A stretch of 58,883 nucleotides of DNA, counting the filler, from Sphacelaria rigidula (lineage: Eukaryota), in the NCBI GenBank assembly GCA_964200075.2. It is 9 parts of 9 records of this genome, joined end to end, with 100 filler letters (N's around TTAATTAATTAA, not from the genome) between each part and the next. Parts side by side here need not be neighbours in the genome. Positions count along the whole stretch, not along the records: positions 19,663 to 26,116 come from CAXNAA020019977.1; positions 26,217 to 32,670 come from CAXNAA020019978.1; positions 32,771 to 39,224 come from CAXNAA020019979.1; 6 more parts are not named here. One strand, written 5' to 3'. The stretch's first letter is position 1. Every line of letters starts with the position of its first letter. The position numbers and the translations under genes are program-made. This document shows positions 25,726 to 36,500 of this stretch, in pieces. The notes beneath the pieces were generated by a model. The model was not told the origin of the DNA. It worked only from the letters and a program-made list of their open reading frames with translations, and did no database searches.

Positions 25726-25851
25726 CTGCGCTTGATACAATCCCGCACGGTTCGCGAGCGTCGTTGCCAATGACGGGTGCTCGGGACCTAGCACCTTTTC
25801 TCGGATCGCCTGACACTGCTCATACAGCGGCTCGGCCTCCTCGTACTTCCC
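25726..25851 (-). CDS. 126-bp TPR exon (42 aa)
   Basis: CAG|GKYEEAEPLYEQCQAIREKVLGPEHPSLATTLANRAGLYQAQ|GTGAGA; phase 0-0. Confidence 0.9.
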
Positions 25852-26116
25852 CTGCATTGTAGTACACAGCGTGAGGGCGTGCGCGTCTAACTCACAGATC
25901 GACCTACAACTGCGGTGACACGCTGGCGCCACCGCCCCGCCCGCATGTGCAGGCGGTGAGCGCTGTATGCTCACACAACGCACGGTGCTACGCCTGGTCG
26001 TCACGGCTCTCACGCGTACGGCGAGTTGATCACGCCGTACCAATGGCCTCGTTGCCACTGGCCCACACCATCACCGAACAACAACACCACACATGGCCGT
26101 TTACACGTCGACACAC

Positions 26117-26216
26117 NNNNNNNNNNNNNNNNNNNNNNNNNNNNNNNNNNNNNNNNNNNNTTAATTAATTAANNNNNNNNNNNNNNNNNNNNNNNNNNNN
26201 NNNNNNNNNNNNNNNN
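26117..26216. other. Artificial contig spacer
   Basis: N44-TTAATTAATTAA-N44. Confidence 0.98.
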
Positions 26217-26400
26217 CCCTCAGCGTTGTTTGACTTGCCATGGGTCCCAAGATATAGAGTTTTCCCCGCCAGGTGCCTCAAGCGTATCTTAATTGGTACA
26301 TTTCCCCCTCTCTCTCTATATATATATGTATATGTGTATATATTTAAGAATACTTGAATACAACCCCCTCCTACGTAGCGCTCGCGTAGGGGGAGGGGGG

Positions 26401-26447
26401 CGTACTCATTTGTTGCTTGCCTTAGTCGTTCGAACATTTACCACGCA
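26401..26447 (-). mobile_element. LINE family A 3' stub with TSD
   Basis: GCGTAGGG is duplicated at 26384-26391 and 26451-26458 around the stub and its G-run. Confidence 0.75.
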
Positions 26448-27487
26448 CTTGCGTAGGGCGTGACATATACTTCCATAGATTGTTCGTTTGTGTCTTGAGT
26501 GCCGATCGAGAAATTCTGCGGTCATGGGCATCAATACTTGGCGTATCACCCATGCATGAACGTTTCCCACCAAAATGTCCGCCGTGCCCCGACGGCCAAA
26601 GCGGGACACATTCAAATACTACTTCGGGTCGACTTCAGGAGTTTGACTCCCCTGACAGTTGGAGATATGACATCTAAGCATATTTTTGGTTATCACCATC
26701 CCTGCAGATGACAGAATTCAGTTTAGGCCTCTCGTTAGGGCGAACGAAAGAGCAGTCTCGCAAAAACGCTTTTATAGCCCTTCTGCGTCGTTTTAAGCCC
26801 TAAAAGAGAGTTAGGCGTAGTTTGACATCTTGGAACGACTTCCTGTACGAGTACTAGTTGAGAAGGTTCCAGGACAGCTTTGCGTGGTCCGGTCACCGCA
26901 GTTTTTTATTTTGGCCAAACAAGCAATTTTCTCGAGAGACGGTCAAGTCCAGAGAAAAATTACCTTTCTTCCCCCCCAGATCTGACCGTTCTTGAACAAA
27001 AATTCAACTCTGGCAAAAAAAAAAAAAGCGGCCATCGGAAAACTCGAAGATGTCCTGTAGCCGTCTCAACGAGTTGAGCAAGTCATTCCAAGGTATCAAA
27101 CTCCGCCTAGCTCTCTTTTGGGTTGTAAAACGACGAAGAAGGGACCAAAACAGCACCCTCACACGACTTTTCCCCCTGTTTGTCATAAGGAGCGGCCTTA
27201 GCTATTGGGAGGGAGAAATAAATAAAAGAACAATGAAAGAGTCGAGACAGCGCGTGGGCGAGCGGTTCGGACAAACCAGAGTTCATACGGGTTGACTACC
27301 TGTGAATGTTGAACGCGAATCATGTACCAAAGAGTCATCTGGTACGAATCACGGATGGCAAAGTTGTACGTTCAAGGTCGTACCGCACAAATCACGAACT
27401 GGGGACGAGTGCGTCACGTGCAGTTCTCACACAAATCAAGAGTGCGACATATGCACGAAAAACACAATTCCTGAAAAAAATACTAGT

Positions 27488-28030
27488 GGGAAACATGTAC
27501 AGTTGATTAATCTCGTATGGACGGAAGGCGGGGAACAGGTACGTACTAGTCATGCTGCATATATGGAAAATGGGGAACGTGTCGCTTGATTCACCTCGGT
27601 ATGAATCGAAGGTGGGGAACATGTACGTACTAGTCATGCTGCATATATGGAAAATGGGGAACATGTCGCTTGATTCACCTCGGTATGAATCGAAGGCGGG
27701 GAACACGTACGTACTATTCATGCTGCATATATGGGAAAGGGGGAACATATCACTTGATTTACCCTGTATGAATCGAAGGCGGGGAACAAGAAAGTGGGTA
27801 ACATGTACGTATGATTCACGCTGTATAAGTGGAAATTCGGATACACGTACGCTTGATTCACGTCGGGTGGCTGGAAGGTGGGAGACATGTATCCATGATT
27901 CATGCTGTATGGATGGAAGGGGAGATACATGTGCCTAAAATCCATGCTGCATGAGTGGAAATTGGAAAACATGCACCAATGATTCATACAAGACGGATGA
28001 AAGGTGGGAAACATGTACCCATGATCCATA
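27488..28030. repeat. 84-bp dimeric minisatellite (two about 42-bp subunits) decaying to monomers
   Basis: GGGAACA.GTACGTACTA recurs at 27531, 27615, 27699 (84 bp), with a second GGGAAC subunit halfway. Confidence 0.85.
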
Positions 28031-28377
28031 CCATCGACCGCAGATCACCACCGCGTCACCGCCAGCGCGGTACAGGTCAAATGACTCGAGAATAATGACC
28101 CCAAACCTAATTACTGGCCTTCAGAGTGGCATATTCAATCACTTGGCTACAGTATAGGCGTTTTTTCGTGCTGAACAAAGACCGAAACACTCAGACCGGC
28201 CTACCTACGATTGGAATGTAGGAGATGTGTACCTTCGACGAGGTACCGCACGGATCATACACACGTATCACAACTGCACACACGTATCACAACCTGTGTT
28301 CGAATCGTACTACTGATCCCTTGAGACTCCAGACAGAGGCAGGGAAGAGGGGCAGGGGGATACTCATGATATGAGGT

Positions 28378-28590
28378 CGTACTCATTTCTTGCTAGCCTT
28401 CGTCGTTTGACCATTATCCACGCATCCCTTTCGAGACGGAGCACTGTTTCTATTCCTGATGGAGACACCACCGGTATTTGTGGCTCCTTCCGTTTTTTCC
28501 ATACACTACACAAAAACCTCGAACATATTTTCTCTCCGTCCTGTTTCGTCGTCTGTGGCCACCATCCATCTCCGAGTATAGCGAGTAGTA
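28378..28590 (-). mobile_element. LINE family A, 3' about 210 bp
   Basis: Minus strand remnant AILGDGWWPQTTKQDGEKICSRFLCSVWKKR, homologous to 32229-32610. Confidence 0.8.
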
Positions 28591-30013
28591 GGAGAGGAGT
28601 TGGCAATGTGATGGAGCAAGATGCACTGGAGCTCGGAAATTATTTGTCTAACCATCAACCATTTTTGGACCTGGTCTCCAGAACGACCAATGAGGCTGGT
28701 TAGGAATGACGTGTCTGGCGCCTGCACGAAGCAGCGGCGTCATGTTGCTGAAATCGGCGCATGTAACCGCAGGGTCAAGAGCAAGACCGAAAGTTTCACC
28801 CAATCTATTTTGAGGTGCAGGGTGCGGATTAAGTAAATGTACATCTGATCGCAGTATGGGTCGCCGTAGAGAGCTTCCAGCAGGATACGACGATCGGCGG
28901 GCCGCCCGCCACTTGTGGCTTTGGATGATACATTTGTCCCCATCACCTTGCCACACAGCCCTTTGTGGTCGGGGTGGGCCACCATTTCTCTCTTTGTTGC
29001 GAGCGGCAAATTATCTTCGAAGGGTACAAGTATGGGCGTTGCGGCGCGCATACATGCAGCACAGTACAGTTCAGTACGCCTCTTCGACTGCAGTAGCAGC
29101 TGCCGCTGTATACTCCCTCGCACGTTCTGAGCAGTTCTCGGCTACCGAGATCAACTGCCAGTATACCGCTTCTTCATCCCCGCCAACTACATACATGTTC
29201 ACAGCGTTCTGCAAGGCATCGGCACAGGGATAGGCAGAATTCATGACGGTAGCTCCTGTTGTCTTTCCACGGCCCACCTGGGTTTATTGCCTCGTGAAAA
29301 TGGCCACATGGTAGCATGTACACTCCTTCCTGGCTTTTGCCCCTCCACCCTGTGTTGGTGTAATTACTACGTTTTAGTTTAGACTAGCGACCCAAGAAAA
29401 CTCCCGGGAAATCCCGGGGACGCTACACTGAACGCAAGTAATACGATAAGCCATGCTCCGAGCATCCTGGCTTTGGGAACCTGGGGAGGCTTATCTAGGC
29501 CAGGGATACGGCCCCCACACGATCTTTGCAGTGACATCACACTCGGCAACAGCCCCCGCGCTGGTCGTTCGGGTCTGGTCAAAAAAATTTGCATCGCTGT
29601 GATTGGGCAGGTCGCTTCCTGGCTTATTTTTCATTATTTCACCAACACATGGTCAACCCCGTGTTAGTGGGGGGTCGGTCCTACAGGGTTCACGATTTGA
29701 ATGGTACATAATGGTTTGGTCATCGAGCGGCGAAGCTGCGAGCGAAAAAGCCCCTCCCGGCAAAGGGGGCCCCGCTGGAGGTGCCGTGCCGGAGGTACGT
29801 TTTCACGCGATTTGGCTTCACTAGAGCCAAAAAATACGTGTGTTGTATGCAGCATACGTAGCCGGTAACGGTAAATAATGGTTTGAAACCATCATCCACA
29901 ATCTTCATATAACCATCACCATTATCACCACTACAAAATGATGATGGCCAGTTAAAAGTGGTACCATTTCCGAGCTTTAGTATATACACATATATGCATA
30001 TATGTACGCATAC

Positions 30014-30190
30014 CTGGACGTAAACCTTGTTGGGACCGTCTCTGGAAAAGGCAGTGATGAGTCGGGATAACGTCCCGGTATTCAAGAATCCTTCCATCTC
30101 TTTGCGGAAAATCCAGTCCTGTTTTTGATTCCGGCAGCCGAAGAAGAGCCACATGTCTCCTCGCCCCTCCCTGTCTCGGTATGCTTGGGC
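30014..30190 (-). CDS. MTRR: Exon of a methionine synthase reductase-like diflavin oxidoreductase (NADP-binding domain)
   Basis: CAG|AQAYRDREGRGDMWLFFGCRNQKQDWIFRKEMEGFLNTGTLSRLITAFSRDGPNKVYVQ|GTATGC; FFGCR, AFSRD and YVQ motifs of the CPR/NOS/MTRR family; MWLFFGCR favours MTRR. Confidence 0.78.
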
Positions 30191-30604
30191 CTGCCGCGGA
30201 AGACCCAGAAATCGAGAGTAAAGATATAACAGAGCAAAAATAAACAAGAACAAACAAGAGGAAATACTTCAAGTACTAAAACAACAAGAAAGATGGAATC
30301 ATGAGACAATACTACTACTACTACTACTACTACTAGTGATAATAATAATAAATTCATAAAAAAGATACAGCCCTAGAAAGGATGATTGCGGGTTTCGGAG
30401 AACCTAGAGAGCGTTGGCATCCCCACCAAAGAACGTTCCATTTCGAAAAATGGTTTCAGCCGGAAGTGGGTTCTGTCCGGTTCGGTACCGACAACGACAA
30501 GAAAATATCCCGGGAAAACAATTCACAAAAACTTTACAACAACCGAAGTTCAGAGGTTCAGTAGCAGCAGTACGCATGATTTTGTTCCAATATCCCGTAC
30601 ATAC

Positions 30605-30737
30605 CTCATCCTCTTCTCCTTCCAACTCGATTTCGTAGCCGCCTCTCCAGGTTCCGGAGCACACAGCATCCACCGTTTGGCGTCGCCTCGCGAACTCTTC
30701 CTCGCGATGCTTGAGGAACCCCACGAACGGTGCTACC
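30605..30737 (-). CDS. MTRR: Upstream exon of the same diflavin reductase
   Basis: CAG|g-VAPFVGFLKHREEEFARRRQTVDAVCSGTWRGGYEIELEGEEDE|GTATGT; continues the (GPGTG)VAPFxGFLxHR motif; ends phase 0, matching the next exon. Confidence 0.78.
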
Positions 30738-32228
30738 CTGTCCATGCGCCGTCACGATTTTGGAAAAATGCATTCTTCCATGAAAAGAGACGTCTGGAAA
30801 ATATGCAAGGGTCGGACAAATAATGATTCGTCTGGGAGTTACTTGGTTTTTGTGTTATTGGTTCGAATCGTACGAATCAATTCCTAGGCTTTGTTTTCAG
30901 CGTTGCAACCCAGGTACACACAGCCTAGACACGTGGAATTGCGCAAAAGTTGCGTGGATACCCCTTCGACCAGCGGTCAACTTCATTCTCCCTTTTGGGC
31001 AATCAGGCCGAAAAAATCGTGGATTTGGTGACTCGTAGTCGTGAAAATATGGGCATGAAAAATCTCTTGCATACACCAACGTCAGGGTGCAGTTAAGATT
31101 TGAAGATGTGCGAAGAAAGCTTCGTAAACACAGCTTTCGCGACTAAGCGGTGGGCAAACACACCGACGTCATAGTGAGTGCGCCCCTTTTACTCAACGTT
31201 TATGCAATATTAACCCTTTGGGGACCGGACTTTCAGAAACATGGGGTATGCACACAGGGGGATTCTTGTGAATCAGCATTCATTTTACTCGAGTACGACT
31301 GAAAAACGGTGCCGAACAACAAAAAAGGCCCCTGCGTGCAAACCACACGCTTCAGGGAGTCCGGTCCCGAAAGGGTTTCGTAACATTTTTGTTCTTGCTT
31401 TTGTGTTTTGTTTTTGTTTTTCCTCCACGTTTGTATGCATGCGTATAGGGACATTGCCGTATGCCATGGCTGTACGCTATACAGGCTACAATACTTCTTG
31501 GAATATCGGCAAGATGATCTTTCACTTTTCCATACTCATAGCCGCACGTGTACATATACACCGCATAATACGTTGAATACCACCCCCACTGGGGAGTTCT
31601 TGGGACCCGTAAGCTGATCACCGTGATTTTTACACTCAGGGTTGGGGCATGGGGGGCGGGGGGTATGCAACGAACTCTGGTCGAATAACACAGGTATCGC
31701 TATGGTCCGAAACATAGCCAAAAGCTCGTGGAGCCTAGGTGCTCTTCAAGAGAGGGGAGGGGGTGCTATTTCACGTACGAATGATACACACCGCTTTCCA
31801 TCTGAAGCCATGCTGGAAGGGCCGACCATTTGGAGGTTTCTTCCCAGATTATTTTTTCTTCCTTAACCTTTCCTGGTCCTCCGTTCCTCTCGGGTTTGTC
31901 GCTGCTTATCCTTTTGTTTATATCGCATTTTTCCTTGTTATTGTTTCGTGTTTCTTAGTTTTTCTCCATTTATTGTTCTCTCTCTTCTTATTATTTCCGC
32001 ACTTGTTTTCTTCACCAAGTGTTTTCTTCTTCTCTACCTTGTCCTTATTTTGTTCCGATATATATATATATATATATATTTTCCCATTCTCATATATTCT
32101 TCGTCTACGCTGTCTGTTCTACCTTTCTGTTTTCTTCACTTTTTTTCAGCGAGTGTTTCCATTTTGTGTTATCTCGAGTACGTACATCTTGTGGATAATG
32201 ACGACGGCTGGATCATGACTGGGGGGGG

Positions 32229-32610
32229 CATACTAATTTGTTTTTTGCCTCAGTCGTTCGATCATTGATCACGCATCTCTTTGCGAGACGGAGCACCGTT
32301 CCTGCTCCCAATAGAGACACCTGCATTATTTGAGCGTTCATTACGTTTCTTGGATACATTGCACAAAAACCGTTTACACATCTTATCCCCGTCCTGTTTC
32401 GCTGCCTGTGGCCACCATCTATCTCCTAGTGTAGCCATCGTTTTCTCGCTACTGTCTAATGCATCAAACGATTTCATGCCATCTTCGCTCACGTCCCGCA
32501 TTTCTCCTTTTGTAGTTCATATTCTGCCACTACATGACTTCAGCTCTCTGCTGCTGCTGCTTTGCCACAGGAGCAGTCCTCTGGATCTGCTTCATCCTCC
32601 ACACGGCTAC
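32229..32610 (-). mobile_element. LINE family A, longest copy (decayed ORF C-terminus)
   Basis: Minus strand, with lesions: SRVEDEADPEDCSCGKAAAAES*SHVVAEY...EMRDVSEDGMKSFDALDSSEKTMATLGDRWWPQAAKQDGDKMCKRFLCNVSKKRNE; the CxC...E..H....(C) pattern fits a non-LTR ORF2 zinc knuckle; ACTGGGGGGG on both flanks. Confidence 0.8.
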
Positions 32611-32619
32611 TGGGGGGGG

Positions 32620-32670
32620 CGTACTCATTTGTTGCTTGCCTTAGTCGTTTGACCATTGACCACGCATCCC
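32620..32670 (-). mobile_element. Second family A copy stacked at the same G-run
   Basis: CGTACTCATTTGTTGCTTGCC... starts directly after the duplicated ACTGGGGGGG and runs into the contig end. Confidence 0.8.
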
Positions 32671-32770
32671 NNNNNNNNNNNNNNNNNNNNNNNNNNNNNN
32701 NNNNNNNNNNNNNNTTAATTAATTAANNNNNNNNNNNNNNNNNNNNNNNNNNNNNNNNNNNNNNNNNNNN
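32671..32770. other. Artificial contig spacer
   Basis: N44-TTAATTAATTAA-N44. Confidence 0.98.
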
Positions 32771-32841
32771 CGTGTATGAGACCCGTCGTGTTGATACCTG
32801 CGGCACTGCTGCCACGCGCGTTAGCCGTGGCTTACCACTAG

Positions 32842-33045
32842 TCACGGATTATTGGCGGAATACGGGCCTTGGCGGATTTAGCCTCCTCGGAAAGATTTGC
32901 TCTATTTTCACGAGGATTCCAGCACGCTTGTCCGACATTTCGTACTCCCAGACTTTCTCTTGGCCGCATTCTGGATTTTTTCAGTTGCAAATCTTTCCGA
33001 GGAGACTAGAGCCGCCAAGGCCCGTATTCCGCCAATAATCCGTGA
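32842..33045. mobile_element. MITE-like element with about 59-bp TIRs
   Basis: TCACGGATTATTGGCGGAATACGGGCCTTGGCGG...GGAAAGATTTGC is mirrored by GCAAATCTTTCC...CCGCCAAGGCCCGTATTCCGCCAATAATCCGTGA; no clear TSD. Confidence 0.7.
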
Positions 33046-33270
33046 TGAAAGGTTCAAAAGGGCAGTTTTTAGACAGATTTTTTTTTCAGTCTATAAGAAG
33101 CGGCCTGATCGCCATCAGCTCGGGAGTCGAACAGCAAAAATAAATTTGGAAACGGTTACTATGGGATCGAGTTGTACCCGAAACCGTAATATTACGGTGA
33201 TGTGGGGCTTCGGCGTCGTCGAATGTCCGTTGGTGATACGCACGAAAGACCCAAGAAGATTTTCCTCAGA

Positions 33271-33455
33271 GCCTGTTTTAGCACGTAAGTTTTCGATCGA
33301 AATTGTGCGGTGGAAAGCAAAAATCCCGATCTGATCGGTCGAAATTTCAACCACCGTTGGAAATTTTGAAGATGGTTGAAATTACGACCTATCAGATCGG
33401 GATTTTTGCTTTCCACCGCACAATTTCGATCAAAAACAAATGTGCTAAGACGGGC
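33271..33455. repeat. Long inverted repeat (about 83-bp arms, 19-bp loop)
   Basis: 33271-33353 pairs with 33373-33455; the core GATCGAAATTGTGCGGTGGAAAGCAAAAATCCCGATCTGAT is a perfect match. Confidence 0.9.
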
Positions 33456-35353
33456 CCTTGTTCCACATCCGTCGTGAAAAAGTTCACGTCGCCCTCGAAC
33501 TTGGCAGTTCCGTCGCTACTGGTTCTCGAAATGGAGGAAAAAAACTGTTTTGTTGACCGTGTTTCACAGTTTCTCCGATATTTACGGGCTTCCGGGGGTC
33601 CCGGTGTGGAGACCCCCGGAAGGCGGTACAGAATGCTGTGCGTTCCGGGTAGTCCCGTGGAACACCTGTGCAAGGTTTGGTTGCGAAACTCGAACAGAAA
33701 ACCTCAAAAGAGGTTTTCATACTAAAATCAGGTAGTTGGGCTTTCGCACGTTCCAAGCTCGTTTCATCGCACAACAGTGCAAGACTTCACGTCGTTTTTA
33801 GGAGTTAGACATGAAATTTTGCACACACCTACAATATTTCATTGCGAAACTTTCGATGAACTTCGGTTTTTGACTTATTGTTTTTTTCAATGGTTTCGGG
33901 GGGTCCCGAGAGGTCCAACGTCCCCCGAGAACCCTGGTACCCCCGGAACCGGTGAAAAATTGAACAGCGATGAAACCTCGTCCATCAAAAGTTGCATTAT
34001 GAAGCATAGCAAAATTGTGAATAATTTAATGGTATATTCCCTAGAAAGGGCGTAAAGTTTTGCGGATGAGTGTTTGTAGGCTGATGAGCGTGCACCAGGT
34101 TGTAGTCTAGATATACTCATCACCTACTTGCGCATCTAGCTTAGATACACACCCTACCAGAGCACGAATCCTGTTTCTCTCAAGTGTTGGCCCCATTCAA
34201 CTCGTACAGCGTAGACGCACACCCTGCGAACGCTTTCAAGATCTCCCTGGTGTGAGTTGAGGTTTTAGGGATAAATGTGCACTGTATGTAGAGACTGACT
34301 TGTCAGGGTAAAGGGTTCGGCAATGCACCTCACGTAGACCTTTCTGCTGTTCTCATGAACATGAAATCATACACACATGGGCCGTGTTTCGGTTTGGCAT
34401 GGAGTGAAGTTTACGTGAGTTCTGAGTTCGCGTATTAAATCGTGAATGGTTGACGCGTTCTGGATATTTCGTACCCCATCTCGAACCCTATCCCTCAGGC
34501 AACAGTGGTGCATGTGGTTTCCTAGGCGAAGGGCGAAGGTGCTTAGGGAAGAGTACACTCACCGGTAGTCGGGATGAATACGGAGTGTTTCTGGCCGATA
34601 GTGTCCTCCACTTCGTCGATTGGAACTTTCCCGGAATTTCATCATTCGATTTGAATGTCAACATCGATATTTGGATCTCTGGTAGGGCTGACAGTCCCAA
34701 GTGCTCTGAGCGTGCGCTGAACGCGTTTCCGTCGAAATCAGCACTTTGCCTAGGGAATACTTCGCACCTCCCTCGCCCGAGGGTTCTCCGTATGTCTTGG
34801 GTTGGGGTCAGGGTTAGCTTTGGTCGGAACTATGTATTCCCGATAAATCTGTTTGAGCCAATCGACCAAGTGGTGATCGCATCTCGAGGCTTTCGGCAGT
34901 CGATTCCCGAGTAGCCTGGAATGGAACATGTGAGTACTCTCGTCAGACATAGTACCGCGTATCCAGTACTGTACTACGAGCTGGGCCAGCCAAGAGTTCT
35001 TATTCGAGGTTCACGGGTGGACGAAGGTGAGTGTTGAGATTCTAGGCGCTGAAATTTTGACACGAGGTTTGTATCACTGCGCTTAACTTTTCACTGAAGC
35101 TGTCAGGGAGAAACACACGGAAAATTAAAGCGATTTGAACTTTAAACGAATAGGAGGATGATGTCATGATGAGATCCACTGAAATAAGAACACAAAAAAA
35201 TATGTAGCGCACGAATGTTCAACTTGCGCGCAGAAGGTCCTTGTGAAATTTCGGCTCAAAACTCCTAGGATTGGGCTGCGCGTGAAAATTTTCACACGTT
35301 GGACGAGTCACTACTCGTCGAAACGAGTGCACTCGTTGATGTTTTTCGAAAAC

Positions 35354-35583
35354 ACAACGAGCATAACTCGACTACTCACCCTATTGATTTTTCCATGATG
35401 AGCAATGACTCGAGTACCCGCCCCAATAGTTTTTCCACAACGAGCAATGACTCGAGTACTCACCCTATTAATTTTTCAACGACAAGCCATGACGCAAGTG
35501 CTCGAGGACCTCCAAGAACGGCCAACGAGCAACCCCACGAGTGTTATTGCCACGAGTCATGGTCGTGGTCGTCCGACGTGTGA
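35354..35583. repeat. 42-bp minisatellite plus flanking module, copy 1
   Basis: ACAACGAGCAATGACTCGAGTACTCACCCTATTAATTTTT.. x4, followed by GAGGACCTCCAAGAACGGCCAACGAGC...CGTCCGACGT. Confidence 0.8.
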
Positions 35584-36247
35584 AGAAGTAATCAGTAATA
35601 TCCCACTCATGCGGCACAGCCAGGTACCTGACGCTTGACAGCGTGTCTCTCATCACATGGGCAGAGCCGCACTAGCGAATGCCGGAAGCCTGTGGTGGTG
35701 CGGAGCACTGTTCAAGCGGGAAAGCCGCAGCCCTCTTGCTGTACTGTTGGCGGCTGTGGCCTTTCTGCTTGCACAGTATTTCGCACCACCGCAGGCCCCC
35801 TGCATTCGCTAGTTCGGCTTCGCCTACTGTTGCCATCGCTGATGACTCATCACAGATATATCCGCAGTTCACAACGGATGCGCAGTCACTGTCAGCACCC
35901 ACTCGCACCTAATGCCTGCACGGTTCAGCTCATTTGTTCGAAACGATTTGGGGGTTGCTATTATGTCGATGTTGTTCTCCTTGGTATGCCTTGTACACGC
36001 ACAAGATGCCTGGCACATGCGCCAGATTTTTATGCGGGACCGTGAAGGCACCACAGACAGTCTGATAACATCATCCATCCTGTACATGATTTGCGACGTG
36101 AAATACCACGCTGTACCGCTGTGAAGCTTGACGCTTGTACATGTGCAGATATGCATATGGACGTGAAGATGGCGCGTTCAAGATTGCTGAGGAGCCCATT
36201 ATAATTATTAGCTCGTCTGGTTGCTGACTCCTCGACTCGAGCCGTGC

Positions 36248-36500
36248 ACAACGAGCAATGACTCGAGTGCTCGCCCTATTAATTTTTACACAACGAGCAA
36301 TGACTCGAGTACTCGCCCTATATGTTTTTACACAACGAGCAATGACTCGAGTACTCACCCTATATATTTTTACACAACGAGCAATGACTCGAGTGCTCGA
36401 GAACCTCCAAAAACGGCCAACGAGCAGCCCAACGAGCGCGAGTGTCACGAAGTCATACTCGTGCTCGTCCGACGTATGCAACTTTTTGTGTGACACCGCT
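36248..36500. repeat. 42-bp minisatellite plus flanking module, copy 2
   Basis: Units at 36248, 36290, 36332, 36374 (exactly 42 bp); same downstream module as 35500-35583. Confidence 0.88.

Larger units (their letters stand above)
24945..26116 (-). repeat. Tandem exon+intron cassette array (422-bp unit)
   Basis: Each unit is a 126-bp exon plus a near-identical 296-bp intron (exon ends at 25304 and 25726, 422 apart); one unit is shortened to 219 bp; the contig ends inside the next intron copy. Confidence 0.92.

Noticed and set aside
29071..29277. Next MTRR exon (NMYVVGGD resembling YVCGD)
   Set aside because: Surrounding residues do not fit the reductase C-terminus (no MAKDV-like or terminal W motif).
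36248..36415. CRISPR-like array (also considered for 270-457 and the TPR array)
   Set aside because: Sequences between conserved cores are homologous rather than unique spacers; no cas genes; eukaryotic context.
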